A stretch of 64,000 nucleotides of DNA, taken from NCBI GenBank assembly GCA_965249485.1, contig OZ252239.1, forward strand, positions 2,880,001 through 2,944,000. Direction: 5' to 3'. Positions 33,206-44,876 of this stretch are shown here, in pieces (position 1 is the stretch's first letter; the number at the start of each line of letters is the position of its first letter). The stretch comes from a bacterium (GTDB lineage Bacteria > SM23-31). The notes under the pieces were generated by a model. It ran no database searches. It saw nothing but the letters and a program-made list of their open reading frames with translations, and was not told the DNA's origin. The position numbers and the translations under genes were made by a program.

Positions 33206-34606
33206 TCAAATAATATAATCAGACGTTGAATCGATTGAAGCACTCAACTCATTCCTCATGTGATCATATCCAGTGCGTCCCATCAGTGCATATGTGGCCT
33301 TTTTCCCCTCTTCAACTCCGGGTTGATCAAATGCATTCACCTGAAACAATTCACCGGCATAGGCTGTTTGAAGCTGCAGCATATAGAGCAGTTGACCAAC
33401 AGTAAATGGATTAATTTCAGGAAGTATAATCCTGCAATTCGGGTGTTGATTGTGCGAGAGTGACCAGGCTGTCGCTTTCTGCTCGGTCTGCAATAATTCA
33501 TTCAGCGATCTTTGATCCAGATAGTTCAATGCTGCTTCTTCAGTATAAGGGCAGTTAATTGTTACTGTCTCAGCATACCGCTCAACAGTTACAAAAGTAA
33601 TCATTTTATCATTCGGCCCCTCTACATACAGCTGCAACTGAGAGTGTTGATCCGTAGCACCGAGTGCTTTGACCGGGGTCTGTCCGACATGAACTTCGCG
33701 ACCGCTATTGTTGCATTTCTTCCCAAGGCTTTCTGCCCACAACTGCCGGAACCAGTCTGCAACATCTTTCAATGCCTGAACATAGGGCATCATAACCGCA
33801 ATATTCTTGCCCTTTTGGTACATGAGATAGTGTACAGCGGCAAGCATTGCTGCAGGATTGTTGAAGATATCTGAATTTGAGCACACATCGTCCATAAAGG
33901 CCGCACCTGCCAAAAGCTCTTCAATATCAATACCTGCCGTCACTGCTGATAACAACCCTACAGGAGATAATACCGAAAACCTGCCGCCAACATTTGCAGG
34001 AACAGCAAAAGTCCGGTATTCACCGGAGCGGGCAAGTTTTCTGAGAAAACCATGGTCAGGATCTGTCGTGAAGACAAAGTGCTCATGAGCTTTTTGCTCT
34101 CCGACTGCCTTGGTAACTTCATCTCGAATAATAAGAAAATTAGCGAGTGTTTCAGCTGTACTGCCGGATTTTGTGATAATATTGAAAACAGTTTTTTCAA
34201 TATTAACAGTGTTGATTAAAGCTCGGATCAGATCGGGATCGATATTGTCCGGAAAATATACTTTGAGTCCACCATTTCTTTTTAAACTGGGCAGCTCATT
34301 GTAAAAAGGAGGATTTAAAGCTGTCTGAAGTGCAATGCTAACTAATGCCGACCCTCCGATCCCAACGACAACAAAGGAATCAAAATCTTGTTTTAACCTT
34401 CCGGCACAACCTAATATGTCTTCAACTATTTCATCCTGATACGGAAGTTCGGTAAAACCAAGGAGCTTCTTTTTCCGTAATTCTGCCAGAGAATCATGTG
34501 CTTTCTTAGTGCCAGCAGAAATATACTCCAGATCCTTATGTGACAGTCCATTTGACACTCCCACAACATCGGTAAGCACATTACGATAATCGACCCGAAT
34601 TCGCAT
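33206..34606 (-). CDS. pgi: glucose-6-phosphate isomerase
   Basis: Motifs GIGGS, TKSGSTAET, VGGRFSVLS, QLWAESLGK and DQPGVEEGK. Confidence 0.96.
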   Translation of the reverse strand: MRIRVDYRNVLTDVVGVSNGLSHKDLEYISAGTKKAHDSLAELRKKKLLGFTELPYQDEIVEDILGCAGRLKQDFDSFVVVGIGGSALVSIALQTALNPPFYNELPSLKRNGGLKVYFPDNIDPDLIRALINTVNIEKTVFNIITKSGSTAETLANFLIIRDEVTKAVGEQKAHEHFVFTTDPDHGFLRKLARSGEYRTFAVPANVGGRFSVLSPVGLLSAVTAGIDIEELLAGAAFMDDVCSNSDIFNNPAAMLAAVHYLMYQKGKNIAVMMPYVQALKDVADWFRQLWAESLGKKCNNSGREVHVGQTPVKALGATDQHSQLQLYVEGPNDKMITFVTVERYAETVTINCPYTEEAALNYLDQRSLNELLQTEQKATAWSLSHNQHPNCRIILPEINPFTVGQLLYMLQLQTAYAGELFQVNAFDQPGVEEGKKATYALMGRTGYDHMRNELSASIDSTSDYII

Positions 34607-34778
34607 CGATTTTTTCCATAGAACATCATTCCATCGAGAATTCATAGTAAGTATCCCAGGACAATTAACAATCCGGAATTCATTTAACAACACTAAGATT
34701 ATTACAATAGCACAGAATCAACTCATTGATAATTATTCTCTACAAAAAGAGTTGCTCAATACATGCTCAATGGTACTA

Positions 34779-35780
34779 TTAATGTGCAATGAATTTAATT
34801 AAATCTTTCACACGGTTCGCATATCCAAATTCGTTATCATACCAAGACATAACCTTTAGAAGGTTACCACTCATGACATGCGTTAATTCTGCATCAAATA
34901 TGGATGAATAAGCCGATCCATTAAAATCGATAGAAACAAGAGGAAGATCGCTGTACGCAAGGTATCCTTTAAGTGAAGTCTCTGATGCTGCTTTCATTGC
35001 ACCGTTCACTTCTTCTTTTGATGTACTTTTTTCAACCTCCACAACAAGGTCAACTATTGAGACATTCGGAGTGGGTACTCGAATTGCCAGGCCGTCCAGT
35101 TTCCCTTTCATTTCAGGAAGGACTAATGCTACTGCTTTTGCTGCGCCTGTTGTTGTCGGGATCATCGACACTGCAGCAGCACGGGCACGCCGCAAATCTG
35201 AGTGAGGAAAATCAAGGATACGCTGATCGTTTGTATATGAGTGGATTGTTGTCATCAGACCGTGTTTGACAAGGAAGTTATCATGCAATACTTTCACAAC
35301 AGGTGCAAGACAATTTGTAGTACAAGAGGCATTTGAAATAATGTGGTGTTTTTCGGCATCGTATACATTTTCGTTCACTCCGAGCACAACTGTCAAATCG
35401 ATATCACCTTTTGTAGGCGCAGAGATAATCACTTTTTTAGCTCCTGCATCACGATGAAGCTGTGCTTTGTCACTCGAAGCAAAAATACCTGTTGACTCAA
35501 CAACAACATCGACATCAAGTTCACCCCAAGGAAGCTGCGCCGGATCACGCTCTGAGAGTATTTGCAGTTTTCTCCCGTCAACGTCAAACGAATTCTCACC
35601 TGTTTCAATGTTTTTCCCCAAGGGTCCATGGACCGAATCGTATGCAAAAAGATGTGCTAAGGTCTTAACATCAGTTAAATCATTGATTGCAACAAATTCA
35701 AGCTCGGGATCTGACAATCCTGCTTTTAAGACCATACGTCCTATTCTACCAAATCCATTAATTCCTACACGAATAGCCAT
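34779..35780 (-). CDS. gap: type I glyceraldehyde-3-phosphate dehydrogenase
   Basis: Motifs [22 protein letters not shown] and WYDNE. Confidence 0.98.
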   Translation of the reverse strand: MAIRVGINGFGRIGRMVLKAGLSDPELEFVAINDLTDVKTLAHLFAYDSVHGPLGKNIETGENSFDVDGRKLQILSERDPAQLPWGELDVDVVVESTGIFASSDKAQLHRDAGAKKVIISAPTKGDIDLTVVLGVNENVYDAEKHHIISNASCTTNCLAPVVKVLHDNFLVKHGLMTTIHSYTNDQRILDFPHSDLRRARAAAVSMIPTTTGAAKAVALVLPEMKGKLDGLAIRVPTPNVSIVDLVVEVEKSTSKEEVNGAMKAASETSLKGYLAYSDLPLVSIDFNGSAYSSIFDAELTHVMSGNLLKVMSWYDNEFGYANRVKDLIKFIAH

Positions 35781-36128
35781 GATATTCTCCTCAATAAATA
35801 ATAATGAATAATATATTTGATGTTTCGTTTTGACGTATAATTAATGCCAAGTCTGAACGTATGCGCTGAGGAAGATTTTACATAAAAAAGAGTCGCCTCG
35901 AAAAGCGGTATGTGTCGAAATGTAACGTAATATTTCTATGGAACAATATACCAATATTATTTGAATTATTCCACATATTTTTAAGGGTAAATCCATGCAT
36001 GAACATATATAGTTAAGAGTGTAAATTTTATGGATTAGTTTTCTTTTAATGCGTATATTTGCCAGATTATTTATGAAAAGTTATTGTGTATTAAGTATTA
36101 TGAATTGTTAATAAAGGAAGTACCTGCT

Positions 36129-37388
36129 ATGATTGATACACTTGCAAATCTTACTGCGGATGAACTGGTTGAATTCGTATTTCAAAAATCGGACAATGAG
36201 ACGATTGCAGATATTAATGAGACAATTGCCCCAAATTATGATCCTTTTGATAGTTTTGTTCTCGTCAATTCCGAGGGGCCGTGGCTCTATACTGATGATG
36301 GCAGAAAATATTTTGACGGTATTTCAGCCTACTCTGCAGCTAATTTAGGTCATAATAATGATTTTGTACGCGAGGTTATTATTGCCTATTTAAATAAAAA
36401 ATCCCCAACAGTACTCGGAAGATTTCTTGCATCTAAACCACTGGCTGTTGCCGGAAAGCTTCTCAAAGAGCTGACCGGATATGAAGTGTTTCTACCTTCA
36501 AACGGTGGTGTCGAAGCACCGGAATCTGCTGTAAAACTTGCTCGTTCATACCATCACCATAAAGGTTATATAAATCCGGAAATTATTATTTTTTCCGGAT
36601 GTTTTCATGGAAGATCGATAACATTTACACAATTTTTGGAAGATGATGTGTCTACGTATGGTTTCGGACCATTCCCAAAAGGCTTTATCAAGGTAAAGTT
36701 TAATGATATTGATGCGGTTAAATCGGTTATTAAAAAAAATACTGCCGCCGTTCTTATCGAACCTGTTCAAGGTGAGGGAGGAATTAATATCCCCGATAAG
36801 GAATTCCTGACTACTCTTCGTCAGTTGTGTGACGAAACAGATACCTTACTCATTTATGATGAAATTCAGACTGGTTGGGGACGTACCGGCAAGATGTTTG
36901 CATGGGAACATACAGGTGTTCGCCCCGACATTCTATGCCTCGGAAAATCGCTGTCTGGAGGATTCATGCCAGTATCCGGCATACTTGCTGACGAAAAGGT
37001 GATGAAAACATTTGTACCCGGATCACACGGATCAACTTTTGGCGGTTCTCCGTTATCAATGATGACTGCTATCGCTTCGGTCGTTGAAACACTTCGCTGC
37101 AAACTACATGAGCGGTCTGCCGAACTAGGTGCTTATGCCCTTTCCCGGCTACAGGAACTTGCAAAGAAATCTCCACATATCAAGGAAGTGCGAGGCCTTG
37201 GATTGATGATTGGTATTGAGTTAGAACATGGGGGAAAAAGTGGTTACGATTTTTCAAATGAGCTTGTTAAGGAAAGATTGATTGTGAAGGAAACACACAA
37301 ATGGGTTATACGGTTTTCACCACCGCTTATTTGTACAAAAGATGATATTGATTATGCAATGTCAATATTTGAAAAGGTGTTGCTGTAA
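36129..37388 (+). CDS. rocD: class III PLP aminotransferase, ornithine aminotransferase-like
   Basis: Motifs SAYSAANLGH, FHGRSI, EPVQGEGG, DEIQTG.GRTG, GKSLSGG and PGSHGSTFGG. Confidence 0.75.
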   Translation: MIDTLANLTADELVEFVFQKSDNETIADINETIAPNYDPFDSFVLVNSEGPWLYTDDGRKYFDGISAYSAANLGHNNDFVREVIIAYLNKKSPTVLGRFLASKPLAVAGKLLKELTGYEVFLPSNGGVEAPESAVKLARSYHHHKGYINPEIIIFSGCFHGRSITFTQFLEDDVSTYGFGPFPKGFIKVKFNDIDAVKSVIKKNTAAVLIEPVQGEGGINIPDKEFLTTLRQLCDETDTLLIYDEIQTGWGRTGKMFAWEHTGVRPDILCLGKSLSGGFMPVSGILADEKVMKTFVPGSHGSTFGGSPLSMMTAIASVVETLRCKLHERSAELGAYALSRLQELAKKSPHIKEVRGLGLMIGIELEHGGKSGYDFSNELVKERLIVKETHKWVIRFSPPLICTKDDIDYAMSIFEKVLL

Positions 37389-37440
37389 TAAGGAAAATGT
37401 GGTTGCAATCAGAGGCATTTTTAAAAGGGGTAGTGCTATC

Positions 37441-37680
37441 CTATCCCTTTTTCTTTTTCTTCCAGTCGTTTGCTATGGATTTAAGATCGAGAATTGATGT
37501 TTTTGCGGCTTGTTTGTTTTCTTCAATGATCTTATTATATATCTCTTCGCGGTGAACAATTACATCTCTCGGTGCTTCAATACCGAGGCGCACCTGTCCA
37601 CCCTCAAGATTTATAATCGTGATTTTTATATCGTTACCGATGTTGATGCTTTCGCCTACTTTTCTGGTGAGAACTAACAT
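37441..37680 (-). CDS. csrA: carbon storage regulator
   Basis: [15 protein letters not shown]...VRLGIEAP...HREEIY. Confidence 0.97.
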   Translation of the reverse strand: MLVLTRKVGESINIGNDIKITIINLEGGQVRLGIEAPRDVIVHREEIYNKIIEENKQAAKTSILDLKSIANDWKKKKKG

Positions 37681-37697
37681 ATACCTTTCCCTGGTTT

Positions 37698-38135
37698 CTA
37701 ATCCTTCATAAATTCGTGATTCGTAGAATATCGGTCATCATCAAGAACAATCTGCTGTCCCAATCCCTGCTTGATATTAACAATCACCGGACCTTTTAGA
37801 TTAGCAGATACCTTCTTTAATTCAGGCCGGATCGTAACAATAGCATAAAGCAAAAGGTCCTGATCTTGAAATTCACCTAAATTATATGCTTCAGCTATTG
37901 AGATAGCAGGTGAATATTCATCAATAACCAGAATTGGACTGATAATTGGAAATGATATGTCTGGGTCATCGATACTCAGAAGCCATTGAAACGGTTTGTA
38001 TTCTTCTAAATCGATGATAACAAATCGCTTTAATTCTTCAAAACCAATTAAACCTTCATGAAAAGTCGTTATCCTATCCGTCTCAACTTTAATTGACCCC
38101 AACTGAGGATTTTCAATTGTAATGTACTTTTCCAT
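37698..38135 (-). CDS. fliW: flagellar assembly factor FliW
   Basis: Motifs F.EGLIGFE, FQWLLS and [10 protein letters not shown]; adjacent to csrA. Confidence 0.93.
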   Translation of the reverse strand: MEKYITIENPQLGSIKVETDRITTFHEGLIGFEELKRFVIIDLEEYKPFQWLLSIDDPDISFPIISPILVIDEYSPAISIAEAYNLGEFQDQDLLLYAIVTIRPELKKVSANLKGPVIVNIKQGLGQQIVLDDDRYSTNHEFMKD

Positions 38136-38214
38136 AGCAAAAAGGTATAAAAAATTCTGTTTGATAGCAAGAAAAAATATTTTTTTACGAATATGCTTTA
38201 GAAGTCGACGATTA

Positions 38215-39135
38215 TCATACTCCGAGGAAATCGATTAGGCTTGGAGAAACAACACGAGCACCGGCGCTGAGGGCCGAGTTGAGCGCATTTTCCTCTGCTT
38301 TAAAAGCAATAAATGCCTCGCCGAAATCGGTATCTTCCAAAGAAGAGAGTGCTGATTGGACTTGAATATTTTGTGAGATAAACCGGTCATCATTAAATGT
38401 GATTAACTGTTTTCTTGTACCGATTTTCAAAAAATTTTGCAGTGTTTGTTCGATGGCACCATTTACATTTTCAATTTTCCCATTGATTCCGCTGGTATCA
38501 TCGGTTTCAAGGAACCCTTTGAGATCGAAGATTAATTGGAATATATCTTCTCCTCCAGAAGTTGACTGGTTAAAAATCTCTTTCCCAGTCAAGTTTACCT
38601 CCACCGTTGTCTGATCATTAATCTGCCTGTTAATTTTGCCGTTATTTCCACGATAACTGGATACTGGCTCACTCGACAATCCATTAATTACGTTCTGATT
38701 CAGTTCAAAAGGTGCACTTTGTGTTTCCGTACCCCCGAATAAATATTTGTTATTAAACTTTGAATTTGCTATTTCATTTAAATTATCTAACACCAGATCG
38801 AGCTGTTGAGCCAGACTACTCCGGACTGTAATAGAATCCGAAGCACCTTCTATTGCTATTTCTTTTACTCCAACCAGAATATCATATATTTGATTCAGTG
38901 CTTCTTCTTGCGCTGTGAGCTGGGTTAATCCATCACCGATATTGTCCTGGAATTGAAAATTACTTTCCAATATTGTCCGCAATTTCATGGCGTTTGCCAT
39001 TGATTCCGGATCATCTGAGGGTCTATTCAGTCTTTTTCCAGTAGCAAGCTGCTCCTGTAGATCAGTAAGACGTTCTCTGCTGTTATTAAGGTTCTCGGTA
39101 ACTGTTCTGAAACGAAAGCTGTCTGTAATTCTCAT
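38215..39135 (-). CDS. flgL: flagellar hook-associated protein 3
   Basis: Motifs MRIT, QLATGKRLNRPSDDP, YLFGG and SLIDFL. Confidence 0.93.
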   Translation of the reverse strand: MRITDSFRFRTVTENLNNSRERLTDLQEQLATGKRLNRPSDDPESMANAMKLRTILESNFQFQDNIGDGLTQLTAQEEALNQIYDILVGVKEIAIEGASDSITVRSSLAQQLDLVLDNLNEIANSKFNNKYLFGGTETQSAPFELNQNVINGLSSEPVSSYRGNNGKINRQINDQTTVEVNLTGKEIFNQSTSGGEDIFQLIFDLKGFLETDDTSGINGKIENVNGAIEQTLQNFLKIGTRKQLITFNDDRFISQNIQVQSALSSLEDTDFGEAFIAFKAEENALNSALSAGARVVSPSLIDFLGV

Positions 39136-39149
39136 GACATACCTTTTGT

Positions 39150-40584
39150 TTAGATATTAATGAGGGTTTCGAACATTTCATCTACTGTCTGGATTAATTT
39201 TGCGCTGCCCTCAAATCCACGCTGAAATTTAATGAGATTCACGAATTCTTCATCGAGACTCACACCCCCTGTGGACTCCCGCAAATTTTTAAACTGATTG
39301 ATCAGGAGGTCCTGATTCAAAACATTGTCGTGTGCATCTTTGGCATCAATTCCTATTTCACTGACAATTGTATTGAAAAAATCAACAAGAGACTCTGTAC
39401 CATTACTGAGTATAAGTTTCTGCTTTAGATCGGCAATTGCTAATGCAATAGTGTTATCACCGGGTGAGCCTGTCGTCTGTATCTCCCCAGTATCCAATAC
39501 AGTATCAACTCTTCGTGCCGCAGCAATATTATTGACATCGTCAACAATTACCTGAGCCAGTTCAATATTAACCGCACTATTGCCGGTGAAAAACAAATTG
39601 TTTTTCGGCACTGCTGGATTGGTACCTTTTATCCCGACACCGATTTTGTGAACATTGTTTACTGAGTCAATAAGATTCTTTGCGAGTTCGTCAAAAAGCC
39701 CTCTGAATTTCGGTATGGCTTCATTTCGTGATTCAATAAGTGCGGCAATACTACCGTCTCTAATCTTAAACTGTTCACCGGTGTTTGAATCAACTATGTT
39801 AGAAACCAAATTTCCATTAATGTTTTGAACGACTACTTCGAGTACTGTGGGAAAATTTGAAGTTACAAGTGAGCGTTCCGAACCGGCTACATTGATTACG
39901 TCATTTTGTTTTTCCAATGCGAAAATATCCATAAGTTCGGACAATTCATCAAGAGACCTGTCTCGCTGATCTCGCAATTCATTTGATGTTCCAGCTGCAA
40001 TCCCCTCTGTAGCAAGAATCTGTCCATTGAGGGTCGCAACTTGCGATGACAATCTGTTTACGTCATCAACGGCACGCTTGAGTTCAAAATCGATATCATC
40101 ACTTAATACAGTAAGTTGTTTATCAATTCTATGAAATGCTTCAGTGACAAGTTTTGCCGATTCACGCAGATTAAATCGAGTTGTTGCATTCTCGGGATCG
40201 TTTGAAAAGCTGTACCAATTGTCAAAATACCGTGATACTAGTGCCCGAAGCCCAAATTCAGAAGGTTCATTAACCGTAACTTCTATCTGAATTGAAAATT
40301 CGCTCTAACGCCGTATTTCTCCCCTTTGTATGGAGTTCATTACGCAGTTGGCGGTCAATGAGGGTGTCCCTGATCCGTCTGACACCTTCTACCTTGACAC
40401 CTGTACCGAAAACTCCTTCCGGCGATACTAAAGGCGCATCTGTTGCGAGATTTACTTCCTGCCGGCTGTATCCTGGAGTATTAACATTCGCAATGTTATT
40501 ACCGGTAACATTGAGCCCGGCGAGTTGAGCTCGGAGTGCTTTTTTTCCAATATCGAACGCTGCTCTTATACCAAAGCCACTCAT
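39150..40584 (-). CDS. flgK: flagellar hook-associated protein 1, frameshifted near 40290 (likely sequencing error)
   Basis: N-terminal NNIANVNTPGYSRQ (40270-40584) continues in a shifted frame as QIEVTVNEPSEFGL, through to LRDQRD and GVSLDEE...FQRGFEGSAK. Confidence 0.9.
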
Positions 40585-40601
40585 ATCAGCCTACCTGCAC
40601 C

Positions 40602-41114
40602 TTAAACTTTTCTATCCAATAGATTGTTGTTTTTGGGAGCTGTTTTTGCCTTTGAATTTGGAGATACATAGACACCTTTTTCTTCCATCGCACCATAAAA
40701 CACTTGAATGTTTTTGTCAATGAACTGAAGAGAGCGGTTTATGAGGTATTTATTGCTCTTGTTAATGTTTAAAATTTCCTGAATTACTGATTTAAATTTT
40801 CGTTCCAGTTCTCCGAGAGGTCCTGATAATTCTTTGGGAGAATTTTCAATAATAGAAGTTAATTTCAGCTGCTCCGGAACTACACCAAGATAAATCCCGA
40901 TAACTTCAAGTTTTTGGAGCCGCTTTTCTTCAAGTTTATTTATTGAGCTCAGTATCATTTGCTGCTCCCGGATATTTTCATCAAGTCCCACCAAATCCGC
41001 ATTTACCAGAATACCTTTTTGCTTTTTCACAAGATCAAAAACGGCTTTATACATTGCAAATTCTTTTTCAATAATTCCCGATAATTCTCGGACACTTTTT
41101 TCAAGGGATTCCAT
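40602..41114 (-). CDS. flgN: flagellar export chaperone FlgN
   Basis: Helical 170-aa protein directly upstream of flgK, with an N..N..LI..SL pattern. Confidence 0.8.
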   Translation of the reverse strand: MESLEKSVRELSGIIEKEFAMYKAVFDLVKKQKGILVNADLVGLDENIREQQMILSSINKLEEKRLQKLEVIGIYLGVVPEQLKLTSIIENSPKELSGPLGELERKFKSVIQEILNINKSNKYLINRSLQFIDKNIQVFYGAMEEKGVYVSPNSKAKTAPKNNNLLDRKV

Positions 41115-41202
41115 ACGTTTATCAGCTCTATGTTATTAATTTTCAGTCTGTTATGATTTTCGGGTACTACTGTTTAAATATCGACATTTTCTCTGTTCGG
41201 CT

Positions 41203-42063
41203 TTAAATTTGTGTCTGCTGCTGAAACTGCTCTTTCATCTTTAAAACATTTTGAATATAATTCCGTGTTTCTGCGTACGGTGGTATCCCGTTATATAATT
41301 TTACAGTACCCGGGCCGGCATTATACGATGCGAGTGCGAGTGAAATATCACCGTTGTTTTCTTCTAGCAGTTTTTTAAGGTACTGTACACCTCCCATGAT
41401 ATTTTCCTTCGGATCAAAAATGTTATTCACGTCAAGTTCCTGAGCGGTTAAATCCATAAGCTGCATTAATCCTTTTGCACCGCTCCGCGATACTGCATCC
41501 GGATGACCGCTGCTTTCCTGTGCAATAACAGCTTTAATGAGGGCAGGATCAACATTGAAGTGTTGAGCAGCGCCGACAATAATGGATTGAAACCTGTTCA
41601 CACGGTTTTCCATTGTTTCATTGACCGGATTTGCATTTGAAATCGGCGATTTATTAATCTCATCTGTTTTCGGGATGTTTTCGGGTTTTGAGTCGAATTC
41701 TCCTTGGTACTTTTTCTCAAGATACTTGACAACCATATCACCAAGCCCAAACGACTTTGACTGCGCTATCTGATCGGCAAGTTTTTCATCAAACATGGAC
41801 ATAAAGACATCCATTGCATAACTATCGCCAAACAGAGAACTTTTTGGAACGGTTTTGCGCATTTCCTTGAGCATTCTCAAGACGAAAAGCGATTCGAAAC
41901 CCTCAGCAGCTTTTTTTATTCCTTCTTTACCCTTTGTACCCTTGAGATTATCAAGCGTACGCTCCATCCGTTTATAATTCGCGGAATTTAGATCTACATC
42001 GCTGTTGAGTTTTGTTATATCTGATAAAGCGCCTAATTTATCCATAAAGCTCACCATGTTCAT
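41203..42063 (-). CDS. flgJ: FlgJ-like rod-binding domain fused to a lytic transglycosylase (SLT) domain
   Basis: Rod-binding motif AAEGFESLFVLRMLKEMRKTV plus SLT motifs AVIAQES, GAKGLMQLM, ASYNAGPG and PYAETRNY. Confidence 0.85.
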   Translation of the reverse strand: MNMVSFMDKLGALSDITKLNSDVDLNSANYKRMERTLDNLKGTKGKEGIKKAAEGFESLFVLRMLKEMRKTVPKSSLFGDSYAMDVFMSMFDEKLADQIAQSKSFGLGDMVVKYLEKKYQGEFDSKPENIPKTDEINKSPISNANPVNETMENRVNRFQSIIVGAAQHFNVDPALIKAVIAQESSGHPDAVSRSGAKGLMQLMDLTAQELDVNNIFDPKENIMGGVQYLKKLLEENNGDISLALASYNAGPGTVKLYNGIPPYAETRNYIQNVLKMKEQFQQQTQI

Positions 42064-42068
42064 TCCTT

Positions 42069-43163
42069 TTAAAGAATTCTTAGAGCTGCACGCAATGCCC
42101 CATTCGCTTTAAGAGCCTGAAATATACTTATAAGATCTCTCGGTGTTACTTGAAGCGCATTTAATGCTGCAGCAAGATCAGCAACAGTGCTGCCTGTCTG
42201 CTCGTCAAGATAAACTGCCGCTCCCTGAACAGGTGCCTGACCTGCAGGTGCGCCCGCCGCCGGTCTGATCTGAATCGTCAGATCTCCGTGTGCGATCATT
42301 ACTGGCAACAGTGAAACATCATTTCCCGAAACAACGGTCCCTGTACGCTCATTTATAACAACGACAGCAGGTACATCGGACATTACTCTCAATTGTTCAA
42401 TAATGGAAATAAACTCCACTTCATTCACATCGGATGCCTGCTGGCCCGGTTGGGGCACAATCTTAACATTTACTGTTCCTGGGTCGATCACTTCAGCAGT
42501 ATTGGCTCCCACAGCATTATTAACTGCCTGGGCAATCCTATGGGCTGTAGTAAAATCGGGTTGACTCAGAATAAGGACAATCTGACTTTCTGATGAAAAT
42601 GAAGATTCGATGTCATTAAGAATAGTAGCTCCATTGACAATGCGCCCCGTGGCAGTGAAATTTTGTGTTGCAGCACCGGCGACATTAAGTCCCCCGATTG
42701 AAATAGGGCCGGTGGCAATAGCTATCGGTTGTTCTGTCTCAGGATCTATCAAAACTGTCGGTGTCAGAACTCCTCCTGCAAGACTCGTTGCATCTCCAAT
42801 AGATGATACTATAACATCAATTGTCGAGCTTCTTTTTACAAACGGTGGAAGCGTAGCATTTACCGTTACCAGTGCAGAATTTCTTGTCCGTATTGCTCCC
42901 GCATCAACCGTAATATTAAAATTTCTTAAATAGTTTGCTATGGTTTGCGGAGTAAATATTGCCTGCGTTCCGTCTCCGGTACCTGCCAGGCCGGTTATTA
43001 ATCCGGGACCTGTCAAGAGTTTACTTGACAACCCTTTTATTATAGAAATGTCTTTAATTCTGGATTGACCAAACAATGATCCTGACCACACCAATAGAAG
43101 CATGGTTACAATTATAAGTGACTTTATCTTGTGCTGCTGATTTAGCATCCTACCATTCATCAT
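42069..43163 (-). CDS. flgI: flagellar P-ring protein
   Basis: Motifs RIKDI, GLAGTGD, SSIGDATSLAGGVL, PDFTTA, VVINERTGTVV and LKANGALRA. Confidence 0.95.
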   Translation of the reverse strand: MMNGRMLNQQHKIKSLIIVTMLLLVWSGSLFGQSRIKDISIIKGLSSKLLTGPGLITGLAGTGDGTQAIFTPQTIANYLRNFNITVDAGAIRTRNSALVTVNATLPPFVKRSSTIDVIVSSIGDATSLAGGVLTPTVLIDPETEQPIAIATGPISIGGLNVAGAATQNFTATGRIVNGATILNDIESSFSSESQIVLILSQPDFTTAHRIAQAVNNAVGANTAEVIDPGTVNVKIVPQPGQQASDVNEVEFISIIEQLRVMSDVPAVVVINERTGTVVSGNDVSLLPVMIAHGDLTIQIRPAAGAPAGQAPVQGAAVYLDEQTGSTVADLAAALNALQVTPRDLISIFQALKANGALRAALRIL

Positions 43164-43245
43164 ATGTATCCTTACATCTTTTAATTGTTACTTCTTATTA
43201 TTAAAATTATTTTTATATTCAGTATGACTCTGTTAGATTATTGCA

Positions 43246-43848
43246 TTAAAATATCCAATTGACTATTCGGGTAAAAAGACCTGGTCTGTGTGCTTGCGTT
43301 GTAACACCTGTCCCTTCATGAAATATTCTGGCATCAGCAATAAGTGTAGAGTTAATTGTATTATTTCTTGATATGTCTTCCGGTCTAATAATTCCCTCAA
43401 CTATTGTCACAACTTTTTCACCATTTGTTTCAACTTCTCTGCTCCCTCTGATGAGAAAATTACCGTCTTCCTTCACTTCGATAATGAGCGCTGTTACCTG
43501 GGCAGTAAACTGCCCTTGAGTAGATACCTGACCACTTCCCTGAAACTGATTTGAGGACTCCGAAGAAATCGAGCCGGTCAGTCCGTTGAGAAAACTGTTC
43601 CCAAAATTAGCCTGGGCTTCCAGGGTATTCTGCTTATTTGTTTGAGTATTATTTGAATTTGATGCCTGTGCATTTTCGTTGACCAGAATAGTAATTACGT
43701 CACCGATCCGTTTTGCCCGAACATCGCCAATTAACCCACCCTTGCTAAGTCTTGCGCCGATTATGCTTTCTTGCGCAATTGCTCCACCGGCGAATACCAG
43801 GGTAGCAGTAACTATGAGTGTTAATACCTTAATGATACGGTACTTCAT
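43246..43848 (-). CDS. flgH: flagellar L-ring protein
   Basis: Motifs D.RA..IGDVITI, GNFLIRG and GIIRPEDI..NNTI.S..IADARI. Confidence 0.93.
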   Translation of the reverse strand: MKYRIIKVLTLIVTATLVFAGGAIAQESIIGARLSKGGLIGDVRAKRIGDVITILVNENAQASNSNNTQTNKQNTLEAQANFGNSFLNGLTGSISSESSNQFQGSGQVSTQGQFTAQVTALIIEVKEDGNFLIRGSREVETNGEKVVTIVEGIIRPEDISRNNTINSTLIADARIFHEGTGVTTQAHRPGLFTRIVNWIF

Positions 43849-43875
43849 GAATATTTCCTTTCAATCAGAGATGTA

Positions 43876-44858
43876 CTACTGAACAATAATTTTCGATTCG
43901 CTTACAACAGTTACATATAACAATTGATTTCTATTTGTTCTCTTTATTGGTATAGTATCTCCTGCACGAGCATCTTTTTGTGCAACACCTTTACACAATA
44001 TTACAATGCCACCCCGCTCAATCTCTACATCAATCGATTCTCCACGCCTCACAAGCACTGGTTCGACAACGTCCTGCAATTTGACCGGCTTTCCTGTCTG
44101 GATCGGAATTCTCGATTCCATTCCGACAATCAGCGCTTTATCGGCAACAAGATCGTTGTTAAAATTTGTGGATTCGTCTGTAATAATTACAATATCGTCT
44201 TCAGTAAGCAATTCACCCCGTTTTATGTCCCGCGCAGCAACAATAAAGGATTCAAATGTTTTGATCCGAATCTGTACCGGTACCGATTGGGTGAGTCTAT
44301 CACCGTTATAAATCCCCACGTAGAGAGAAAAACTCCCTTTTAACCGTCCGACTCCCAAAGGACGCGCTTTTATTGACAAGTCTTTTCGCGCAGCCGCTCT
44401 TGGTGGAGGAATCCGGACAAATTCGATACTTTTTTTTATTTCTCGTGTATTATCAATACTTTCAATATATTCCCCCGTGCAGCTTCAACAATTCGTTCTC
44501 CTGCAATCATTACCGTGTCAAGATACACTACAACTTTTGCTGCACCCCCAATTGCAATTTCAGTCATCTGGATGCGGTTTTCCTTGAGTTTATATTCAAT
44601 GAGCTGCCCGGTCAGTTGTATCGGAGTAATCCGGTAAAGGAGCGGCGCTGAGATTGACATTTTTGATACGCTCAATAAAATCGGCAAGCCCCCCCGAAAT
44701 TACTCTACTTCGCCGAGTTTAACCGTCGGTCCCTGAACAATCGCTTCTTCTTTTAGTATTACTTTTGTCTGAGCAAAAGCAAATGTTCCACCTAACCAGA
44801 CCAAATATATATATGATATGATGAGAGAGAGTGATCTTTTGTATCTCAACGCTTTCAT
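43876..44858 (-). CDS. flgA: flagellar P-ring assembly chaperone FlgA, broken by several indels
   Basis: C-terminal SAF region VAARDIKRGELL...VLVRRGE...G.AQ.DA..GD.I (43876-44379). N-terminus MKALRYK...AQTKVILKEEAIVQGPTVKLGEV from ATG 44858. The middle is frameshifted. Confidence 0.8.
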
Positions 44859-44876
44859 GCTGCTATAACCTGTCGT

